A stretch of DNA of 60,575 nucleotides from Lentisphaerales bacterium (GTDB lineage: Bacteria > Verrucomicrobiota > Kiritimatiellia > JAUXFM01), in contig JAUXFM010000003.1 of NCBI GenBank assembly GCA_030622955.1, forward strand, positions 1-60,575, given 5' to 3'. A program made the translations under genes and the position numbers. The notes beneath the pieces were generated by a model. That model was not told where the DNA came from, made no database searches, and saw nothing but the letters and a program-made list of their open reading frames with translations. Positions 9,652 to 18,900 of the stretch are shown one piece after another; the stretch's first letter is position 1, and each line of letters starts with the position of its first letter.

Positions 9652-10602
9652 TTAATCGACCGGATGGGCGGACATTGTCTTCTTAATCTTTCCCTTGCCT
9701 TCAAGCGGCTTGCAGTAAGCGACCTTCTCTTTAACCTTTGTTACTTCGATCTTGCCGATCGTGGTCATGTCGCTGTCGAGTACTTCGCCCGTATCGGGGT
9801 CAACAACATCTTCAACTTCACCGACCTCGAATGTGTCGCCAATGGCCACACCTTCGCGCGATCCGCGATTGATCATGATCCTGTCGCCCTTGGCAAGCAC
9901 GATCGTTGCTTCCCAGGGAATCTTCTCCAGCTGCTTGATCAGGAACTGAACTCCCTGCGCAACGGCATGTTCGCAGGCCTTGCCGACATTGTCTTTCCTG
10001 AAGCCACCGAGATCACCCGTGAGTCCGCCGAGTTTGGAACCGCTGTATCCGAGGGAAAGTCCGCGTTTGCCGCTCTTGCCGACAACTTTCGTGGATGCTT
10101 TCACCTGGCCGGTTTCTGAGTCGACGAGGTACATTGTGATATTGACCTCACCCTTGCCGCTTGATCCCCCGAGGCTGATGCCTTTGTATCTGAGACCGCC
10201 ACCGGTACCTGAGGTGTTGTTCTCCACGTGTGTTACGGAACCCTTGACGAGGAGCTGTGCGGGCGTCATGCGACCGATCTTGGCCGATTTCTTCCCCTTG
10301 GCCGTTCTGCCGCTGGCAACGAGATCCTGCTCATTCATGGCCTCCTTGCGCATTTCTGGATCGCCCAGCACGATAAACCATCCTGACTCGTGCAATGCGT
10401 GAGTCATGATATCGGAAAAGCCGTCACCGACGTTCCATTTTCCGGACCAGTTGGCCTTGTTCTCAAACTTGGCAACGGTTATCGAGTAACGAAGGTTACC
10501 TTCCGGTTTGGGAAGAGTTATTGCCGCATCCTGACCTATGCCGGATGTTATGCAGCCGGTTGTTATGATCGTGACAAGTACTACCAGGGCGAGTTTATTC
10601 AT
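9652..10602 (-). CDS. CsgG/HfaB-family lipoprotein with FlgT-like C-terminal beta domain
   Basis: Lipobox ITTGC, ITVAKFENK, L.ESGWF.V, AQLLVKGSVT, LVDSETGQV. C-terminal INRGSREGVAIGD...DPDTGEVL. GGAGG RBS. Confidence 0.85.
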   Translation of the reverse strand: MNKLALVVLVTIITTGCITSGIGQDAAITLPKPEGNLRYSITVAKFENKANWSGKWNVGDGFSDIMTHALHESGWFIVLGDPEMRKEAMNEQDLVASGRTAKGKKSAKIGRMTPAQLLVKGSVTHVENNTSGTGGGLRYKGISLGGSSGKGEVNITMYLVDSETGQVKASTKVVGKSGKRGLSLGYSGSKLGGLTGDLGGFRKDNVGKACEHAVAQGVQFLIKQLEKIPWEATIVLAKGDRIMINRGSREGVAIGDTFEVGEVEDVVDPDTGEVLDSDMTTIGKIEVTKVKEKVAYCKPLEGKGKIKKTMSAHPVD

Positions 10603-11095
10603 GACACCTCCGATTGTTGTATTATGCGTATCTGATGAATCTTTGTTAGCCTACGAGCATCAGAAATGCAACCACAAAAGGCCAAGCGCTCCAAGTAATT
10701 GGCAACGCAGGGCCAATGCGCTAGCCTCGGGAGCACAGGACCTTGAATATTGAATATAGCTTTTCCGGCTGCTTCTTGAGTTTTGGCAGCTTCGCGCTCA
10801 ATTCAGCATCATGACTCAGAGACGTGCGCAGCGCTTTCCTCTGTTTTGCAATCGATGAATCGCTCTTGCACCCATAGTAGTGAAAGAATAAGAATCGGGT
10901 CTAAACACTCAACAATCCGCTCCTTGCCTGATTCATCAGGCGCAAGACCTTTCGGCTTTCCTTCGATTCTTTCTCAAAACATCTTTCTTGCGTCAACCCT
11001 GTTGTCCAGTTTCATGTATGACCCTGTACGCAGGTAATACGACGATCTGAGGCGTTTAGCTGATTGCCGGAATGATCTCTTCCTGCAGCCTTCCC

Positions 11096-11863
11096 TCAAT
11101 GCCCCTCTTCAATCGTACCCACAGTAATACGCAGGTCTTCGCGCCTCTGGATGCGGTCGATCCGGCCGTCGACCAGATAGATGACGCGGTCGGAAACGCT
11201 GAGCATCTTATGGTCATGAGTGGCGGTGATGACCGTTACCCCGAAATCATCCTTGAGCCCGCTGAGCATCTCGATGATTTCTTCGCCCGTCTTAAGGTCG
11301 AGGTTGCCAGTCGGTTCGTCAGCGAGAAGAATTGCCGGATCGTTTGCCAGTGCACGTGCAACGGCAACACGCTGCTGCTGACCACCGGAGAGCTGAGTTG
11401 GCTTATTGAGTAACCTGTGCCCCAGTCCGACCTTCTGCAGGAGATCGGCGGCCTTGTCCTGTGCATCTGCTTCGGGCATGCCCGAGAAAAGCATCGGGAG
11501 CATGACGTTTTCGAGGGCCGACTGCACAGGGATCAGATTGAAGGTTTGGAAAATATAGCCGATCTTGTGACATCTCAGCCATGCGAGCTCGAAGGCATCG
11601 AGCGATGCAATGTCCACTTCATCGATAAAGACCTGTCCGTAATTGGGCTTGTCCAATCCGCCAATCATGTTGAAGAAAGTTGTCTTGCCGGAACCTGACG
11701 GCCCCATGATGGAGATATACTCTCCACGCTTGATGGAGAGCGTACAGCCGCGCAATGCGTGCACTTCTTCACCACCGAGTTTAAAAACCTTCTTAACATC
11801 CACTGCGCGCACCACATTGGCCGCAAGCAAGTGATCATCAGAATTCTTTGCCCTATCGTTCAT
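11096..11863 (-). CDS. ABC transporter ATP-binding protein, LolD/MacB type
   Basis: Walker A GPSGSGKT, IGYIFQTFNL, LSGGQQQRVAVARAL, LADEPTGNLD, ATHD. Confidence 0.97.
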   Translation of the reverse strand: MNDRAKNSDDHLLAANVVRAVDVKKVFKLGGEEVHALRGCTLSIKRGEYISIMGPSGSGKTTFFNMIGGLDKPNYGQVFIDEVDIASLDAFELAWLRCHKIGYIFQTFNLIPVQSALENVMLPMLFSGMPEADAQDKAADLLQKVGLGHRLLNKPTQLSGGQQQRVAVARALANDPAILLADEPTGNLDLKTGEEIIEMLSGLKDDFGVTVITATHDHKMLSVSDRVIYLVDGRIDRIQRREDLRITVGTIEEGH

Positions 11864-11866
11864 TTG

Positions 11867-12556
11867 TTATACCTCCAAACGCATTGCGCTGATCGGTTCC
11901 ATCCTGGCAGCCAGCCAGGCCGGGTAGAGTGCACCGAACACCGTTAGAAGCGTGCCTGCCAGCAGGCAGATGCCCACACGCTTTATGATTCCAACCACGG
12001 GTACGAGTCCTGTCATCGCCGATCCATAAGTAAGTGATCCTTCGCCCAGCGCGAGTGACAGGCCCATTATGATGCCCAGTGACGTGCCGACCAGTCCCTG
12101 GAACATGCTCTCGAACAGGAATAGCTCAACAACGAGTTTATCGAGTGCCCCCAGGCATTTCATGGTGCCAATTTCGCGGAAACGCTCGGTGACACTCAAG
12201 AGCATGGAGTTAAGGACGCCAACAAAGCTGACAAGCAGCGCCAGCCCGACCATCCAGCGTGTCTGGGTCTTGGCATCTTCGCTGTTGATGGTGAGTTTGC
12301 CGTCACGCTGAAGCTGTTCAATCTGATGCTGATTGGCTTTGCCGGCGATGTTCTTGGCGATTGCATCGGAGCAGAGTATGTAGGACAGAAACGAGATGGC
12401 CAGGATGATCCCGCTGGTGACCAGCAGGGATCGGCCTAGTCGGACGCGGATATTCTGCCAGGCGATCTTTATAGCATTCGAAACAGGAAGCTGCACCTGG
12501 CGCCCGATTTTCTTCCTGTGCCGGTTATCGTCCAGTATTGTGTTTTCTTTATTCAT
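11867..12556 (-). CDS. Small FtsX-like (type VII ABC) permease
   Basis: AWQNIRVRLGRSLL, NSMLLSVTERFREIGTMKCLGA, YPAWLAARMEPI.AMR. Four TM helices with a very short extracytoplasmic loop. Confidence 0.92.
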   Translation of the reverse strand: MNKENTILDDNRHRKKIGRQVQLPVSNAIKIAWQNIRVRLGRSLLVTSGIILAISFLSYILCSDAIAKNIAGKANQHQIEQLQRDGKLTINSEDAKTQTRWMVGLALLVSFVGVLNSMLLSVTERFREIGTMKCLGALDKLVVELFLFESMFQGLVGTSLGIIMGLSLALGEGSLTYGSAMTGLVPVVGIIKRVGICLLAGTLLTVFGALYPAWLAARMEPISAMRLEV

Positions 12557-12957
12557 TTTGCTTTCTTCTTGTCTACTTCTACGGCCACCAGCCCGCGGCC
12601 TATCAGTGTCTTCAAAAAAGTGGTAACGGACAATTCTGCCTCAGCCATCGCGAGGTTATGGTCTACGGCGAAATTCTTGATAATCTCTCGCACCGTGCTC
12701 TTTCCGTTACAGGCTTCATATACTTCCCACCCGTAGGCATCCAACTCAAAACTGACCGTGGCATTCTCGGGCGCACCCAGCACACGCTGCCACTTTGGCC
12801 GTGCCGCAGTGTACGTCAACCTGACTCCGCCTTTTTCGATCTCCTCTTTCTTCGTAACCGGGGCCTGAAAAGGCCGGCTCTGAAAAACCTGTTCGCGCGT
12901 GAGTTTCGGCTTCTTCTGCGCGAACATCTTCAGTTCTGCCCGTTTCTCATTGCCCAA
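12553..12957 (-). CDS. PqqD-family (RiPP recognition element-like) protein
   Basis: SFELDAYGWEVYEACNGKSTVREII...FLKTLIGRGLV matches the PqqD winged-helix pattern. Overlaps both neighbours. Confidence 0.8.
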   Translation of the reverse strand: MGNEKRAELKMFAQKKPKLTREQVFQSRPFQAPVTKKEEIEKGGVRLTYTAARPKWQRVLGAPENATVSFELDAYGWEVYEACNGKSTVREIIKNFAVDHNLAMAEAELSVTTFLKTLIGRGLVAVEVDKKKAK

Positions 12958-13871
12958 TTCATTTCGGCAATAGCCCTGGCGACAATACCTTCAGGTGCCT
13001 CTTTCTTCGCATCGTATTCTGCCATGAAAATGCGATCATCTTCGACGTCATGCACGGCCATCGCAACGCTCGTGCGCGAGGCGATCATGCCCAGTGGCAC
13101 CGGCAGTCTCTTCTTCCCGCATCGACGGATTCCGGAACAGGCATGGCCGTTCCTTTCAATCCTGCAGGGAGCAGGCTTGCCGTTCGTCCTGAATGATCTG
13201 TGTTCCTTGAAAGGTTTCAATTCCTGCCATCGCTCGATGGGGCGCCGGGAAAGAGCCAGTCCTGCGGGATAGACCTGGCGCAACGTTAGCGATTTGCTCT
13301 CTTTCGCATCGAGCTTAATGGTGATATCGCCGAGCTCGAGTTTCCACGTCTTGAGCGTGAAGCCGGCCGGGATCTTGAAGCTTGCACCGAATACGGCAAT
13401 AGGCATTGCTTCATTCGCCCGGAAAGCTTTGAGGGATGGGATGATCCGTTTTTCTATCCATTTGCCGGTCTTGCCATCCTTCATCCTCGCGACAAGTTCA
13501 AGCATGAGTTCGGCTTTCGGGGCGTAGCCATACCACACTGCCCTTGCAGTTCCTTCTTTCCCGGTAAGCCAGGAGCAGTGTCTGAAATCCGTGGCGCTCG
13601 GACAGGATTTCGACAGTGATAGGTTGTTTCGCTTCTCTTTCTTGGTCCGGCGCGCTATGGCGCGGTCGGGCCTGAACCTGCGCGTGTCGGGCCTGATCCA
13701 TTTGACCTGGATGCAGGGCCCATCGGAATTTCCAATGACCATGGTGCCGCGCAGCCATTCTCCCTCGATGCGCAATGGCCGCCAGTCAGCCGGCACGGAT
13801 ACCTGCCAGCCCATCCAGGCAAGCTCGACCCACTCCGTTTTCCCTGCGGTCTCTTTGTGTTTCTTCTCCAT
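12930..13871 (-). CDS. Hypothetical soluble, basic protein
   Basis: 313-aa ORF inside the operon. Two similar segments WQVSVPADWRP and FKIPAGFTL suggest an internal duplication. Confidence 0.75.
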   Translation of the reverse strand: MEKKHKETAGKTEWVELAWMGWQVSVPADWRPLRIEGEWLRGTMVIGNSDGPCIQVKWIRPDTRRFRPDRAIARRTKKEKRNNLSLSKSCPSATDFRHCSWLTGKEGTARAVWYGYAPKAELMLELVARMKDGKTGKWIEKRIIPSLKAFRANEAMPIAVFGASFKIPAGFTLKTWKLELGDITIKLDAKESKSLTLRQVYPAGLALSRRPIERWQELKPFKEHRSFRTNGKPAPCRIERNGHACSGIRRCGKKRLPVPLGMIASRTSVAMAVHDVEDDRIFMAEYDAKKEAPEGIVARAIAEMNWAMRNGQN

Positions 13872-13934
13872 TTTCCCTATCCAATTCCAAAACTCTGCAT
13901 GCTGCTACTCGCTGTGTTTTTTCGGCTGTTTCAA

Positions 13935-15932
13935 TTACATCGGCAGTTTAATCACGCTCTTAGCCATCAGAACAAAGCCAAGTCCAAGCATCATTGCTAA
14001 CCCCATGCCGGCAGCAAACCCGGCAGCGAAGACGATGCGGTATCTTGGCCAGTTATCGCCGAATTTCTTTTTAAAGACATACCTGCCGAGTAACGCGCCA
14101 ATAAACATCGGGATGATGCCCTGCGGCAGCGACTGGTCCAAGCCCCGGATGATTCCGTAAACCAGGAAGATCGGCAGGTTGAAATGGTTAAGCACCCAGA
14201 ACACGGCCATCGCCATGCCAAACCCTGACAACAACACTGGCAACTTGAATGCCTCACGGAACGGTGCGGCCGCTTCGCCCGGCATCGTTGCAGACCACAG
14301 AAGTCCTTGTTGATATGCGTTCAGTTCCCAGAACTCATTTGCATAAGGAAACATCTCGCTAGGCACATTGCCTATCGACCAGATGAACTGGCTGAAAGCC
14401 ACCATGCCAATAGCCATTATCGGGAACAGAACCAGTTCCGCCTTCATGAGCGAAGTAAACTTGGTCCCCGTAAGCTGCGTGGTCCTGAAGAAGACGGCCT
14501 GTCTCGCATAGTCATGGAACGGGACAGGCGCCACCCAGATCGCTGCGCCCTTGTAGCCCGCGAGGATGAAGGTCGCTTCCCGCATATACGGAATTGGCAG
14601 CTGCCTGCCCACCATGCCTTCCATTCGAGTTGACACGTAACTTATGAAAGGCGTGTAGATGAATCCGTAGAAGACAAGAAGCAGTAGCGGAAATTTCGGG
14701 CCCATGAGCGGACCTGACATATGATTCACGAGGTAATAGGTGAGTCCAATGTAGACCGTTGTTGAGAAGAAATATATTCCCAGCCCGGCCCAAATCGGGA
14801 TATCGCCACGTCCCGCCGGGGGCTTGAAGAGCTTGCCCCATTCCATCTTCGGTTTACCCGCAGCATCCATATCGGCACGTTTCTTCCGGAAGCTGCTGGT
14901 CACATGCCATAGGCCGATGGCCGCAACAGCCAGGCTGAGTCCAATCGTGAAACTGAAATAGAAATCCATCACGTTGGCCTGGATGGTCTTAATCCCGCCA
15001 ATGCCCGGCTCCCAGTTCGTCAGGACACCGGCATGATAGAGAATCGGGTTGAATATCATTGTAAAGATGAGCCCGATGAAACTACCCATCATCGCCCAGA
15101 ACGGCATGACCATACCCGTCACGACAAGGCCCAGGTTGAAGCTGATCATGAACGGCATGGCCGGCATGATTCCTTCCGTGTAGTTCGTAATATCAATGAA
15201 CGGGATCGGTATAATACTCAACGGCTTTGAGAAGATCGCACCTGTGATATTGGGCAATGCCAGGTAGATCATACCGAAGGCGATACCCCCCATCCCGCCA
15301 AAGGCAAACGTACGCCAGCGCCATGTTTCCCGCTGGCTGGACGCATCAGCCAGAGCCGTAATACCCATCGCGCCGACCGGCGCCATGGGGAACGGCAGCC
15401 GCTCAACATCGGACGTGAGTCGGAACATGACGTAGCCCAGTCCAAAATGGTCCAATCGAGTAAGGAATCTCGTGAGAACCATGAGGCCGATAGGCACCAG
15501 CCATTCCGGGATGAAGAAATCCCTCAAGGCCAAGACGTCCGGGTCACGTGGCGCGTACCAGCCGGGAATATACTCGATGATTCCCATCTTGCGGAGTTCT
15601 TCGCTCTGTACAATGAACTGTCGCCAGAGCAGGCCACCCGTAGAGGAGATCACAGCTCCACACATATACGACAAGATGAAAAGCTCGGGTTTCTTGAGTT
15701 TCGTGAAGGCGCGACGACAGATCTCAACATAGAGGATCACTGTGACCCAGCGTGCAGCAGGCCCCATCTGCAGGCCGGCAACAAGCTGCATGTATTTCTG
15801 GGCCGGCGCCATGAAGAGGCCAACGAACACAGCCATGATCACCGTTCGCCAACTGAAGCCCTCCTCGTAGGAATCCGGCTCCGCCATGATATTGCGAAAC
15901 TCTTGAATCTCTTTGTCTTCGCGCATTGCCAT
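13935..15932 (-). CDS. OPT/YSL-like polytopic membrane transporter
   Basis: 665 aa with many TM segments, ERLPFPMAPVGA motif, C-terminal AAGFAAGMGL typical of OPT-like proteins. Confidence 0.8.
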   Translation of the reverse strand: MAMREDKEIQEFRNIMAEPDSYEEGFSWRTVIMAVFVGLFMAPAQKYMQLVAGLQMGPAARWVTVILYVEICRRAFTKLKKPELFILSYMCGAVISSTGGLLWRQFIVQSEELRKMGIIEYIPGWYAPRDPDVLALRDFFIPEWLVPIGLMVLTRFLTRLDHFGLGYVMFRLTSDVERLPFPMAPVGAMGITALADASSQRETWRWRTFAFGGMGGIAFGMIYLALPNITGAIFSKPLSIIPIPFIDITNYTEGIMPAMPFMISFNLGLVVTGMVMPFWAMMGSFIGLIFTMIFNPILYHAGVLTNWEPGIGGIKTIQANVMDFYFSFTIGLSLAVAAIGLWHVTSSFRKKRADMDAAGKPKMEWGKLFKPPAGRGDIPIWAGLGIYFFSTTVYIGLTYYLVNHMSGPLMGPKFPLLLLVFYGFIYTPFISYVSTRMEGMVGRQLPIPYMREATFILAGYKGAAIWVAPVPFHDYARQAVFFRTTQLTGTKFTSLMKAELVLFPIMAIGMVAFSQFIWSIGNVPSEMFPYANEFWELNAYQQGLLWSATMPGEAAAPFREAFKLPVLLSGFGMAMAVFWVLNHFNLPIFLVYGIIRGLDQSLPQGIIPMFIGALLGRYVFKKKFGDNWPRYRIVFAAGFAAGMGLAMMLGLGFVLMAKSVIKLPM

Positions 15933-15938
15933 GTTGTC

Positions 15939-18900
15939 TTATACCTTTGCCAGCAACTCATCGCCCTGTTCGATGAACGCCACGAGGCTCTTGGCCTCAA
16001 GCTTGCGCCATCCCAATAGCTGACGACGCAGATCGCCCAGGAACATCTTATTAAGCCGGCGCCAGCTCGTCAGCTGACCGGATCCGTGTGTGAGTTCGAC
16101 CCTGATCTCGTAAACATCTTCTTCCTCGAGCAGATCTGAAATGGTCAGCCTGAGATTCTGACGCACACCAAAATCGTAAGGTGAGAGCCAGACGGTACTG
16201 GTCACGACAATGGTACGACAACCGTCCTCAACAGCTTCCTTCAACCCGATACTGTCTGCCGTGAAATTGCCGATGTTACCGTCCTTATGCGCATCGAAGA
16301 ACTCGTAAAGAAACGCACCTATACCCGCTGCCGTTCTTGCCGTGGCAGTGAACGGCAGGGCATCCTTTATCATGTAACCGTTTGGAATGACTTCTGGCGC
16401 TGGTACTATCCAGGTCATCTTGTTCGACGGCGTTGCGACTTTGCCCGCCAGGTAGGCAGGGACCAGTGATGATGCGACAACGATCACAAGGACCAGCGAC
16501 ATCGTAATTATCGCCTGGGTGCCACCGAAGTTAAGCGTGATGCCACCCATCCATCCGAGTGCGCTGAACACTTTGGCCAGACCCTGTCCGGCGACATATC
16601 CAAAGATCGATCCGAGCAATCCGTAGGTGATCGCTTCGGCTAGGAACAGAACGCCGACATGGACCGGTGCCAGGCCGAGACTCGTATAGATATAGATTTC
16701 CCGTTCACGTTCGGCAAGCGAACTCAGCATCGTATTGAAGATGATGAATCCTGCGATAAGCAGCGGGATCAGCACGCTCTTGGGCGCCTTGGGTGCGAGT
16801 GGGCGCGCCGCCACAACACGTACCTCCTTGACCCCAGTGTAGTAGATCGGGAACGAGAGCCTGTTCGAGAGCTTCATGGCGAAATTACGCGCCTCTTCTG
16901 CTGAACCCATGGGAATTGCCAGGTTACGTAACGTGCAATCCTTCTTCTCACGGACCATGTCCGCAGGTAGAACGATGATCTTGCTGCTCTCCAGTGCGCG
17001 CACGGAGGAATCTTCTTCTCCCAGCGCGCCTGAGGCCATCTGGATGAATGCCGACTCCGTATCCGAACGAGCCGTCTTGCTACGCTCATCACTGTCCATC
17101 GACGAGTAGTCGGGCGGCAGCATACTGCGTCCATCAAGCCGCATCATCTTTTCATCAAAATCTGTTGAAGAGAATGTTGCGATCAGTTCGATAGCGCTGT
17201 CGCCAACAACAACCATATCGCCAGGCTTAACATCCAGCTCCCTGGCAGTATCTTCGGCGAGGTAGCAGCCGCCATTCTCCGCGAACTTGTCCCAATCAGA
17301 ACAAACGGTTTTTACTGCCGAAACTTCCGATTCAGCCGCGGAAAGGCCGAGGCCGGACATGAGCTGTATCTGCTTCCCAGTTACCGGGTTGCGTACGTTC
17401 AGGCGCCATTCCGTATCGGAATAGACTGACCACCAGTACCGAGGCGCTATCGCGAGATCTTTGCCCGTCGTCGTGCCCAGGGTACGCAGCGCCTGGTCGG
17501 GCATCGGACGGTCGGCTGGCTGGCGGATCAACACAGCATGGTTGTCGAAAGGTTTATTGATGCTGTATTCTTTCTTGCCTTCGTAAGTGCTCGCAGACAT
17601 GAAACAGAGCAGGGAGAAGGTGATCAGGACGATCGTCATGCCTGTCAGGATTGTGCGGAGCTTGCGTTTGCGCATGTTGGCGATCCCGAGTCGCATGGCC
17701 GTAGACAGAAGGCCGAGCCTGGAAGTTTTGGCGCTAATCGACTCGGCCATGCTGCTGCGCATTCTCTCCAGCTCGTTTTCGAACTTGGAGAATATGACCG
17801 AGATGGTCAGAATGCTCATGGAGATGATGCCAAACGCCATCACAATCATGACCGGCAGGCTGCTCATCTTGAAAGCCGGATGAAATGCGAACAGCATTGC
17901 GGCCATTACGGCGAAGATCATGAATCCGCCAAAGATCTGCTTGTAGACATGGCCCGATGCAAAGAGCAGTCGTTCCATGGCGTAGGAGAACGGAATCAGT
18001 GCCAGTAGAAGGAAGATCGCACCGCGGATGACGTCATCGGCTGTTTTCCTGACGGTCTGATAGGCCCGGATCTCATTGGCCAGTGCGGCGGTGGAGGCCC
18101 GGAAGAATTCCCTCCCATCGTTCTTTGCGAGGGCTTCATCTGCGAGTGCCAGTTCCGCCTTGGTCCGTTTCTGGAGTTCTTCAATTGGCTTACTGACAAT
18201 ACCGGCTTTCTTGTAGTCAGATACGCGCCTGGCATCGAGATTATAGAAATCTTGCGCAGCGGCATAGAAAGGATGGGCGCCGATATTTGAGCCCTTGAAG
18301 CCCCGGAGTGTCTGGCGAATGGATTTGCCTTCGGCTTCCTCGCTGGGCATGACATTGGCAAATATCATGCGGTTACCCACAGAACCCGCACGGAGCAGAA
18401 CCTGCCACGATGTATCAGGCTCAACGTAGATGTTGATTATGTCACGGTAGAGATCTGCGTTGATGCGCTTAGGTGGTCCGCGTTTTGCATCCAGGACCGT
18501 CATGTCCGGGAGTTCAGAAAGGAAGCGCGGATCGAAGAAACCGGGGATCGTAACACCCTCACAGGTGAACACGACCCCACGCAGCGCCTCGGGAGCACCT
18601 TCCCGCCTGCGATTCATGGTGAGCTTGACCCCCTTGCCGCCTTCGCTCTTGTTGATTGCCCTCGACACGCGGCCATCTTCCTCGATCGCGTACGCCATCA
18701 TCATCAGGTTGCGCATGCTCCCGTGGCCCGACCCTCCGGAAATACCATCAATGACAAATTGTCCGTCGGGGCCCGTCCTGACGAATTCGAGATGCCGCAA
18801 TCCCGGTACCGGGTTGAGGAAACTCACATATTTCTTGGACTTGTTGGCAGGCACCATGGTTGTTACGTAGCCGGACATGGGGATACGAGCAACAGGTTCT

